Origin: Ruminococcus bromii
GTDB lineage: Bacteria > Bacillota > Clostridia > Lachnospirales > Lachnospiraceae
Reading direction: 5' to 3'
Assembly (NCBI GenBank): GCA_963603285.1
Contig: CAVCMG010000012.1
Span: forward strand, 12,791 to 76,790
DNA: 64,000 nucleotides
Both the position numbers and the translations under genes were made by a program. This document shows positions 18,168 through 26,043 of this stretch, one piece after another. The notes beneath the pieces are model-generated. The model ran no database searches and was not told the origin of the DNA. It saw nothing but the letters and a program-made list of their open reading frames with translations. How positions within the stretch are numbered: position 1 is the stretch's first letter; each line of letters opens with the position of its first letter.

Positions 18168-19058
18168 ATGGAAGATAAAAACTGTGAACTGCTTTTTGAG
18201 TATCTGAGAAGCATTCTGTACGACAAACATATACAGACGCTGGAGCTTGACGAGCTGGATGAGCCTTTCAGAAAGCTCGGAGCGGGTATGCAGTATCTGG
18301 CCAAAGCCGTAGCGGAGATGAAGGACTATTCCGAGGCGTTGTCTGTGGGCAGACTTTCTGTGCTCCCGCCACCCCACGAGAACCTGCTCTGCGAGAATCT
18401 GAAAAATATCCACGCCAATTTAAACCATCTGACCTGGCAGGCCAAGCAGGTGGCAAAGGGCGATTATTCCCAGACGGTATCGTATCTGGGTGAGTTTTCG
18501 GAAGCGTTCAATGAGATGACGAGACAGCTCCGGGAGCGCGAGATGCTCTTTAAGGAGACGGCGGAGCTGGAGCGGACGCATGCCAATCACGATATGCTGA
18601 CAGGTGTGGGAAACCGATATTTCTTCCAGCAGAAGATGGAAGCGCTGATCAACAGTCAGGAGAATATGGTTTTCTGCTACTGTGATCTGGATCATTTAAA
18701 AGAGATCAACGATACCTATGGCCATGTAGAGGGCGACTGGTATATCTGCCATTTTACGGAGATTGTAAAGCAGAGTATCCGTCCTGACGATATTTTTGCC
18801 CGGGTGGGTGGCGATGAGTTCTGCCTGATCTTATGTGCCTGCACAAAGAAAAATGCTGATCGCAAGATGCGCCGTATCCGCAAAGCGTTTGCTGAACGTG
18901 TGGAAAAGCCATATCCCAAGAGCTTCAGCTATGGTATCGTGGAGATCCCGGGACGCCATGAAGGCATGAAGCCGGAAGATCTGATCCGTCAGGCAGATAC
19001 AGCGATGTATATGCAGAAAAAGGATCACAAGGAACAGTACAGACAGCAGGGAAGCTGA
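18168..19058 (+). CDS. Diguanylate cyclase (HAMP-like linker + GGDEF)
   Basis: DMLTGVGNRYFF, intact RVGGDEFCL active site, DTAMYMQK. Start at the ATG at 18168 behind a GAGGA RBS, 10 nt after the V4R gene stop. Confidence 0.85.
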   Translation: MEDKNCELLFEYLRSILYDKHIQTLELDELDEPFRKLGAGMQYLAKAVAEMKDYSEALSVGRLSVLPPPHENLLCENLKNIHANLNHLTWQAKQVAKGDYSQTVSYLGEFSEAFNEMTRQLREREMLFKETAELERTHANHDMLTGVGNRYFFQQKMEALINSQENMVFCYCDLDHLKEINDTYGHVEGDWYICHFTEIVKQSIRPDDIFARVGGDEFCLILCACTKKNADRKMRRIRKAFAERVEKPYPKSFSYGIVEIPGRHEGMKPEDLIRQADTAMYMQKKDHKEQYRQQGS

Positions 19059-19234
19059 TGGGGCAAAAGACAGGAAGTACATCTGAAGGCGAGCTGTCAG
19101 AGCATTTCCGGATTAGATTTGAGAAACAAAAACAATAAGTAAAAGCTGCGATATCCGCATCAATGTTCACACAGATGCAGGTAGCGCAGCTTTTGAGTTG
19201 TTTGGATTAAAAATACTGTCTGGTAAGCAACAGA

Positions 19235-20161
19235 TTACACCGGAGTGTCGCTTTTTGCCGGAGCATCCTCTTCATAGGGAACCGTGACCATATGCGGATA
19301 TGCAAAGTCAAGCTCCGGATCCAGTGCAAACAGATGCAGAAGATCCTTGCGGATATCGCTGCAGGCAACGAAGTTTTCTTCAATCGAAGCAGTCACAACG
19401 CTGGCCCGCAGGGTCACGCCGCTGGCGCCGAGCTGGCTGACCAGTACATCGGTCGGCGGAGCATCGGCCTTTTTGACCTTCTGGACCAGCGGATGATTAT
19501 CAATGGTCAGGGACAGAAGCTTGCACGCTTTGTCCAGATTGGACTCGTAAGTAATCTCGATATCGAGAAAATTGGAGTTTACCGAGGCTTCATCAAAGTA
19601 GCTGTTGTCGATGACGCACAGATCCATCTTGGCATTGGGAACGATGACGCTGCTGTTATTGTATACATTCTGGATGATCGTGTTTCTGAGGTTGATCGCT
19701 TTGACGTATCCGGTGATCGTCACACCGTCGATCACGACCTTGACACGGTCACCGATATCAAACGGCTTGAAAAAGGTCAGGATAAAGCCGTGGACAATAT
19801 TGGAAAGTCCCTCCTGAAAAACAAAGCCCAGAACAACGACGATCAGGGAGGATGACATCAGGATCGAGCTGTAAAACTTCGCCATGGCATCGGAAAGACT
19901 GCCGATCTGGATCAGGAAGAAAATTACGATCATGGCCTGCAGGATACTTTTGATAAAGTTGGCATGCAGGCTGTTTTTATTTTTTTTCTTAAATGCCGCA
20001 AAGGCAAGATTCAGGATCTTGATCGTCAGAAGCATGGCGACAACCAGAATAACGGCCTTGATCAGGTTAGATTCCCACAGCTTTTTGATGATTTTAAGGA
20101 TATCTTTTTTGTTTGTGGCAGCAAAAACGGCAGCTGTACACTGGAAATTTATATTGGGCAA
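19235..20161 (-). CDS. MscS-family mechanosensitive channel
   Basis: FKPFDIGDRVKVVIDGVTITGYVKAINLRNTIIQNVYNNSSVIVPN beta-domain motif after TM helices. TTG start behind an AAAGGAGA RBS. Confidence 0.85.
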   Translation of the reverse strand: MPNINFQCTAAVFAATNKKDILKIIKKLWESNLIKAVILVVAMLLTIKILNLAFAAFKKKNKNSLHANFIKSILQAMIVIFFLIQIGSLSDAMAKFYSSILMSSSLIVVVLGFVFQEGLSNIVHGFILTFFKPFDIGDRVKVVIDGVTITGYVKAINLRNTIIQNVYNNSSVIVPNAKMDLCVIDNSYFDEASVNSNFLDIEITYESNLDKACKLLSLTIDNHPLVQKVKKADAPPTDVLVSQLGASGVTLRASVVTASIEENFVACSDIRKDLLHLFALDPELDFAYPHMVTVPYEEDAPAKSDTPV

Positions 20162-20348
20162 ATGATGATCTCCTTTCGCACCGGAGGTTGGTTCCGGTTT
20201 TCCCTATTGTATCCCCGGGGAAAAGGAAGTGCAAGTGAAAAAACTATGAAGTCACCGGAGGAAAGGGGCTATGCGGGCGGTGCAGATTTCGGATGGCACA
20301 GGAGAGGATTTCATGATACAATGAACGGCAGAGAAAGGAGAGTCTACA

Positions 20349-21548
20349 ATGAGTACGATTGTTACATTAAAAAAAGGCGAGGGACGTACGATCAAAAGCG
20401 GCGGCCTGTGGATATATGATAATGAAATTGCAACGATTACCGGACATTTCAAGAATGGCGATATGGTGATCGTCCATGACTTTGACGGTTATCCGATGGG
20501 GCAGGGCTTCATCAACCAGAATTCTAGGATCCGTATCCGGATGATGACGCGTAAGGATGATACGGTGATCGACGATGCATTCCTGAAAATGCGGTTAAAG
20601 AATGCATGGGAATACAGAAAAAATACCGTAGATACATCCAGCTGCCGTGTGGTATTCGGCGAAGCGGATTTTCTGCCGGGTATTGTGATTGATAAATACG
20701 AGGATGTACTGGTTGTGGAATCTCTGGCGCTTGGTATCGATCGTCTGAAGGAAAAGATCGTGGCGCTTTTAAAGGAGGTACTGGCAGAGGACGGTATCGT
20801 GATCCGCGGCGTGTATGAGCGGAGCGATGCCAAAGAACGTCTCAAAGAGGGTATGAAAAAGGTCAAGGGCTTTATCGGTGAGCCTTTTGATACGGATGTC
20901 CAGATCGTGGAAAACGGTGTGAAATATACGGTGGATGTCAAGGACGGACAGAAGACAGGATTTTTCCTTGACCAGAAGTACAACCGTCTGGCGATCCAGC
21001 GGCTGTGTAAGGGGAAGAAAGTGCTGGACTGCTTTACCCATATGGGAACGTTTGCTTTAAATGCCGGGATTGCCGGTGCGGCAGACGTCACGGGGCTGGA
21101 TATTTCCGAGTATGCCGTGGAGCAGGCGACAGCCAATGCAAAGCTTAACGGACTGCAGGATACGGTGCACTTTAAGGCGGCGGATGTGTTTGATGAGCTG
21201 CCGAAGCTTGCCGAGGCCGGTGAGCAGTACGATGTCGTGATCCTCGATCCGCCGGCATTTACGAAGTCGAAAAATACAATCAAAAATGCGATGAAGGGCT
21301 ACCGGGAGATCAATATCCGCGGTATGAAGCTGGTCAAAGACGGCGGCTATCTGGCCACCTGCTCCTGCTCTCATTATATGGATTATGAGAACTTCACAAA
21401 GGTTATCTCCCAGGCAGCCAGAAGCGCCCACAAGAGACTCCGTCAGGTAGAATACCGCACCCAGTCCCCGGATCACCCGATTTTATGGGCAGCGGATGAG
21501 AGTTATTATCTGAAATTTTACATCTTCCAGGTTGTTGAGGAGAAGTAA
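20349..21548 (+). CDS. Class I SAM-dependent rRNA methyltransferase (RlmI/YwbD-like, PUA + MTase)
   Basis: N-terminal PUA-like segment (LKKGEGRTIKSGGLWIYDNEI). MTase motifs VLDCFTHMGTFAL and VILDPPAFTK. Confidence 0.85.
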   Translation: MSTIVTLKKGEGRTIKSGGLWIYDNEIATITGHFKNGDMVIVHDFDGYPMGQGFINQNSRIRIRMMTRKDDTVIDDAFLKMRLKNAWEYRKNTVDTSSCRVVFGEADFLPGIVIDKYEDVLVVESLALGIDRLKEKIVALLKEVLAEDGIVIRGVYERSDAKERLKEGMKKVKGFIGEPFDTDVQIVENGVKYTVDVKDGQKTGFFLDQKYNRLAIQRLCKGKKVLDCFTHMGTFALNAGIAGAADVTGLDISEYAVEQATANAKLNGLQDTVHFKAADVFDELPKLAEAGEQYDVVILDPPAFTKSKNTIKNAMKGYREINIRGMKLVKDGGYLATCSCSHYMDYENFTKVISQAARSAHKRLRQVEYRTQSPDHPILWAADESYYLKFYIFQVVEEK

Positions 21549-21552
21549 TGAC

Positions 21553-21820
21553 TGGAAAGTGGCGCTGGTACGCCCGATTGTATCAGTAATGTCTACTCCT
21601 GCTGAGTCTGTAAATGGTACTGTCCACATATCTGACAATCTGTTTTATTGGTATTCCGTTTATCACAGCATACAACATCATCAGCTCTATTTTCAGAGGC
21701 ATGGGAGACAGTAAAAGTCCGATGTATTTTATAGCTGTGGCATGTGCTGCCAATATTGTATTAGATTATCTTTTTATGGGAGCATTTAAACTTGGTCCGG
21801 CGGGGGCTGCACTTACCTGA
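21553..21820 (+). pseudogene. Internal fragment of a MATE-family efflux transporter gene (frameshifted, truncated at both ends)
   Basis: VALVRPIVSVMSTPAES in one frame continues as YLTICFIGIPFITAYNIISSIFRGMGDSKSPMYFIAVACAANIVLDY in another. Only ~90 of the expected ~450 aa are present. It begins 5 nt after the rlmI-like stop. Confidence 0.6.
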
Positions 21821-22214
21821 TGTTGGTGAAGTTGTATATGCAGTTGGTCAGCAGGCGCGTACAAGACGCTGGACATGGAGACAAAGCGAACATGGTAAGA
21901 TTACTGCTGATTCGTCTGACGTCTTCTTCCCGATAGATGGATTCGCAGATTTCAACAGATATAACGTGATAAAGGCACAGACAGAGCTGGACAGTCTCCT
22001 GAAAAATATTTTCCAATGCGAAACAAAAATTGGATTTATAGATTGTAATAACAGGGAAATGAAATTATAAAAATCTGGTTTGAAATCGAAAAAAAATTTA
22101 TATTACAATAATTTCCATAAAGTGATTAAAAAAGATTCCCAATGGGCAGGATGGTATTCCGTGAAAATTCCGGAATACCATCTTTTTGCGTTTATGGGAA
22201 GAAATGAGGTAATT

Positions 22215-22815
22215 ATGTGCACTCCAATAAAAACTCTGACAAAAAAAGAATGGGCACTGTGGCTTGGCTCACTGGCTGCTGTGATTATTTCAAATATCAT
22301 AACCGGAAAAATTGATCTGCTAACTTTAATTGCTACCTGCATCGGAGTTACGGCATTGATTTTTGCAGCCAAAGGCAATGTCCGGTCACAGATTTTAATG
22401 ACTATATTTTGCATTTTATATGCAGTCATTTCATGGCGTTCTCACAACCCTGATATTTTATTTCATTCTTCGTGCATTAAACACACCGAATATTGTATTT
22501 AGTACAATATCTATTACCACCAGTTTTCTTGCATCAGCATTGACACTCCTGCGTTCTTCGTACTATGCACTGGGATATGCGTCAAATGATATTGTTTTAA
22601 TTGTTTTATGGATATTGGCTTCCTTCAAAAGTCCGGTGTACTTGCTAGTAGCGTTTAATTTTATGATTTTTTCATCAATGATTTATATGGATTTATTAGT
22701 TGAAAAAAAGAGAATCTATGGCAGCCTCATAAACATATTTCAGAGTTCAAGTGAATCTTCCACATCTGCAAATATATATAATATCTGGTGGTTTTATTAT
22801 AATATTTGGATATAA
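22215..22815 (+). pseudogene. pnuC: pnuC-like nicotinamide riboside transporter pseudogene (internal deletion plus frameshifts)
   Basis: LTLIATCIGVTALIFAAKGNVRSQILMTIFCILYAVISW in frame 1. FYFILRALNTPNIVFSTISITTSFLAS...YASNDIVLIVLWILAS in frame 2. The C-terminal FINDLYGFIS motif is readable only after a further shift at a T6 run, and a TGA stop follows it directly. Confidence 0.6.
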
Positions 22816-22898
22816 TTTGATAATTATATAAATAAAACTACGATATAATCATAGTACAGGGATACAGATAAAATTGGTGAGCGTCTTGGAGGCAGGAT

Positions 22899-23006
22899 AT
22901 GTATTTTGAATATGGAGAAAATGAAATTTTATATCTTAAAAGCAAGGATAAAAAGAAAAAGCACTGCGATATTTCTGAAAAATGTAATATCACAGTGCTT
23001 TTGTAA
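22899..23006 (+). pseudogene. Possible N-terminal stub of an AlkA/HhH-GPD-type DNA glycosylase gene
   Basis: GGAGG RBS + ATG. The first ~18 aa (MYFEYGENEILYLKSKDKK) resemble the N-terminus of clostridial 3-methyladenine glycosylase II proteins as I recall them. The ORF stops after 35 aa inside a terminator hairpin. Confidence 0.3.
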
Positions 23007-23044
23007 TAAAAGTATCTAAAAACAAAATGTTTGAAAAAATAGTC

Positions 23045-23073
23045 TTGACAGAGCATGTTACATTTGTTATATT
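23045..23073 (+). promoter_or_regulatory. Sigma-A-type promoter upstream of the JAB-motif gene
   Basis: TTGACA, 17 nt, TATATT. Confidence 0.55.
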
Positions 23074-23203
23074 AACATCACATATCTGGGAAAGTTCCGG
23101 ACCATTCGGTCAGTCTGATTACCCATATGAGAGAATTGAATATCAGTGGTGAAAACAGTAGAGAGAGCTGTACTGCACTACGTGAGAATGCGGAAAAGTA
23201 CAT

Positions 23204-23818
23204 ATGGAAAAGAGCGAAACAGAATTTCAGCGTACAGGACGTAATAAATCAACACAAATCAACACCGCATATATCAATGGTGGCGCATACAGGAAAAAGT
23301 TTGATTTAATATCTGATGCAAAAGGATTAAATCGTTTGCTGTATTATCTTGCAAAGAAAATGTTAGTCCACAGAACAGGAACCGAATATGAGGATATGTA
23401 TTGGATCGATCTTGACAGGATAGCGATAGTTGCAGAAGAACTAAATACGGGGGCCGCTAAACGAATCATGTATTCCGATAAAACTAGAAAAATTGTTGAA
23501 GAATATAAGAACATACCGGAAAAAAGACTGGTAACAATACATACCCATCCAAGTAGCTTTCCGCCGAGTATACCGGATTTCAATGCAAATTTTGAAAATG
23601 GATATAATATGGGAGTGGTGATCTGTCATGATGGTAAAGTGTTTCTTTATTCTGTAGACGAAAAACTTAATGAGAAATACTACAACTTGTTGGTTGCGAA
23701 GAAATTAAAGCAAGGATATAATGATTACGAAGCAAGAGTCCTTACACTTTATGAGCTACAGGAAAAGTTTAAAATTATGATTAAGGAGGTAGCAGATTAT
23801 GATGATAATGGAAAATGA
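23204..23818 (+). CDS. Phage/ICE-type protein with a JAB/MPN (RadC-like) metalloprotease motif
   Basis: VTIHTHPSSFPPSIPD resembles the HxHPSx(4-5)PSxxD JAB motif. The N-terminal YINGGAYRKKFD...HRTGTEYEDMYWIDL resembles a module I recall from polyvalent phage/conjugative-element proteins. Confidence 0.5.
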   Translation: MEKSETEFQRTGRNKSTQINTAYINGGAYRKKFDLISDAKGLNRLLYYLAKKMLVHRTGTEYEDMYWIDLDRIAIVAEELNTGAAKRIMYSDKTRKIVEEYKNIPEKRLVTIHTHPSSFPPSIPDFNANFENGYNMGVVICHDGKVFLYSVDEKLNEKYYNLLVAKKLKQGYNDYEARVLTLYELQEKFKIMIKEVADYDDNGK

Positions 23819-23975
23819 TGAGTTTAAAATCCCCGAGCAGTATCAGAAGATGTCTGTTGCCCAGTTAGAGCAGGAGGCAGAAAGGCTTTTTGCGCAGATA
23901 AAGAAAGAGCCGCGTAATATTCAGTGTAAGAAACAAGCTCCGCAGGGGCAGAAAGAAGTAATATTTTTTACGTAA
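23799..23975 (+). CDS. Small hypothetical ORF (58 aa) overlapping the end of the JAB-motif gene
   Basis: ATG at 23799 overlaps the upstream gene by 20 nt. Product MMIMENDEFKIPEQYQKMSVAQLEQEAERLFAQIKKEP... It is below the 60-aa cut-off of the ORF track. Confidence 0.3.
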   Translation: MMIMENDEFKIPEQYQKMSVAQLEQEAERLFAQIKKEPRNIQCKKQAPQGQKEVIFFT

Positions 23976-24039
23976 AATGTGCGTTTGAACTGTCAAAATA
24001 TACTGCAATAAGTAAGATAAGAAAACAAGGAGATTACAT

Positions 24040-25194
24040 ATGCATACAGACGAGAAAAAGTGTCCCTACGCCACCAGATGCGGCGGCTGCCAGCTTCAGG
24101 GCATCCCTTACGGGCAGCAGCTTGAGGACAAGCAGAAAAGGGCAGAGGAGCTGATCGGCTCCTATTGCCGTGTATTTCCAATCACAGGCATGGAAGAGCC
24201 GTACCATTACCGTAACAAGGTACATGCCGTCCTTGGCCACCGCAAGGGTCAGGTGATCTCCGGCATCTACGCTGAGGGCTCCCACAATGTTGTTCCGGTA
24301 GATGTCTGTCAGATCGAGGATCAGAAAGCCGATACGATCATCCAGACGATCCGGGAGCTGTTGCAGTCCTTTAAGATGAAGATCTACGATGAGGACAATG
24401 GCTTCGGCCTGTTCCGCCACATCCTGATCCGTGTGGGCAAAACCTCCGGCCAGATCATGGTTGTCCTTGTCATGGCCACGCCGATCTTTCCGTCAAAGAA
24501 TAACTTTATCAAGGCGCTCCGGCAGAAGCATCCGGAGATCACAACGATCGTCCAGAATATCAACGATCAGGACACCAGCATGGTGCTGGGCGAGCGCGAA
24601 AAGGTGCTGTACGGCAAGGGCTACATCACGGATACGCTCTGCGGAAAAACATTCAGAATTTCCTCCCGTTCCTTCTACCAGATCAATCCGGTACAGACCG
24701 AAAAGCTGTACCAGAAGGCGATCCATCTGGCCGGTCTTACCGGTAAGGAGCGGATTGTGGATGCCTACTGCGGTATCGGCACGATCGGCCTGATCGCAGC
24801 GGACAGGGTAAAGGAAGTGATCGGTATCGAGCTGAATGAGGATGCGATACGTGACGCGATCCGCAATGCCCACGCAAACAAGATCACCAATGCCCAGTTT
24901 TACTGTGAGGATGCCGGTAAATTTATGGAAGAGATGGCCGAAAGCGGTGAGACGGCGGATGTTGTCTTTATGGATCCGCCCAGAAGCGGCAGTGACGAGA
25001 GGTTTTTATCTTCCGTTGTGAAGCTGTCGCCGAAGCAGATCGTCTATATTTCCTGCAATCCGGAGACGATGGCCAGAGATCTGGCTTATCTTACGGGGCA
25101 TGGCTACCGGGCAATCACGGCATGGCCGTTTGATATGTTCCCACACACCAGCCATACCGAAGTAGTGGCCTGCCTGAAAAGAGTGCAGGCATAA
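24040..25194 (+). CDS. 23S rRNA (uracil-C5)-methyltransferase, RlmCD/RumA family
   Basis: Fe-S Cys cluster CPYATRCGGCQLQ. MTase motifs DAYCGIGTIGL, VFMDPPRSG, YISCNPETMARD. Confidence 0.85.
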   Translation: MHTDEKKCPYATRCGGCQLQGIPYGQQLEDKQKRAEELIGSYCRVFPITGMEEPYHYRNKVHAVLGHRKGQVISGIYAEGSHNVVPVDVCQIEDQKADTIIQTIRELLQSFKMKIYDEDNGFGLFRHILIRVGKTSGQIMVVLVMATPIFPSKNNFIKALRQKHPEITTIVQNINDQDTSMVLGEREKVLYGKGYITDTLCGKTFRISSRSFYQINPVQTEKLYQKAIHLAGLTGKERIVDAYCGIGTIGLIAADRVKEVIGIELNEDAIRDAIRNAHANKITNAQFYCEDAGKFMEEMAESGETADVVFMDPPRSGSDERFLSSVVKLSPKQIVYISCNPETMARDLAYLTGHGYRAITAWPFDMFPHTSHTEVVACLKRVQA

Positions 25195-25364
25195 AAGCAA
25201 AGGCTGCATGGCCGGGAGTTATCCCATGTCATGCAGCCTTTTTGAACGGATGCAAATGCATACAAAAAAACAGTGAAAATGGTAAAAAACAGGGAAATCC
25301 TACCCGTTTGGCTAGTATGCAAACCCTAAAACAGATGGTAAAATGCTAATAAACAGATGATCCG

Positions 25365-25552
25365 GTGCTCAGCCGGACGATGAAGGAGATCCTGCAGCTG
25401 ATGGCGCAGGGACTGACCAAGGACCGTATCGCTGAGACGCTGCATATGTCCACCGCAATGTCAAGTACTATACACAGCAGCTCTACCGTCGTCTGGAGGT
25501 TTCCAGTAAGGCAGAGGCCGTGCGGGAAGCAGGAAGAAGGGGATGTCTATGA
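25365..25552 (+). pseudogene. Orphan LuxR/GerE-type HTH remnant with a 1-nt frameshift
   Basis: EILQLMAQGLTKDRIAETLHMS in one frame continues as RNVKYYTQQLYRRLEVSSKAEAV in the -1 frame. Restoring one C in ATGTCC(C)ACCGC would join them. There is no receiver or sensor domain upstream. Confidence 0.45.
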
Positions 25553-26043
25553 GACATACGAAAGAAAACTTGCCCGGCAGCCGTCGTTGGTGGTATTATA
25601 CATACATAGTGTTTGCAAGCCTGCTTTTTCTTCTGGGAATGCCGGCGCGGGTGTCGGCATCTGCGACGGGGGCAAAAAGCCATGTTGCTCTTGTGATCGA
25701 TGATCAGGAGCCGTCCTCAGCTTCTTCTAAAGCCCGGACAGACCAGCAGGCAGAGGAAAATGCCGAACAGGCATCCGGTACACAGGAAGCGCAGACGGAG
25801 TCCATAACGACAAGCCGTATGCTGCAACATGTGTTTGTTGTGGTATTTGGCGGTGTTCTGTGTGTAAGCCTTGGTATTGGTGTACTGATCTATCATATAC
25901 GTCGGGACAAGGTCGATGACGCTTATGTGGCAAATATCCGGCGATGCTACGGCGAATTGTCCATTTACGAAGAACCGCGGGAGTGTAACGAGAGGGAGAA
26001 CTATGGAGGAAGAACTGTTTTTATCCGGGAAAAACAGGCTTGA
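25543..26043 (+). CDS. Hypothetical two-TM membrane protein with an acidic/Ser-rich extracytoplasmic linker
   Basis: Two hydrophobic segments (WWYYTYIVFASLLFLLG; VFVVVFGGVLCVSLGIGVLIY). No motif I recognise. Confidence 0.45.
   Translation: MSMRHTKENLPGSRRWWYYTYIVFASLLFLLGMPARVSASATGAKSHVALVIDDQEPSSASSKARTDQQAEENAEQASGTQEAQTESITTSRMLQHVFVVVFGGVLCVSLGIGVLIYHIRRDKVDDAYVANIRRCYGELSIYEEPRECNERENYGGRTVFIREKQA

Noticed and set aside
21792-22070. 92-aa ORF after the MATE fragment (VGEVVYAVGQQ...FFPIDGFADFNRYNVIKAQTELD).
   Set aside because: It is probably another gene fragment, but I could not assign a family or a convincing start. It is left unannotated and only mentioned under the island finding.
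22838-23056. 72-aa minus-strand ORF in the AT-rich island.
   Set aside because: It has a low-complexity product and no RBS. It overlaps a + strand stub ORF, a terminator hairpin and a promoter.
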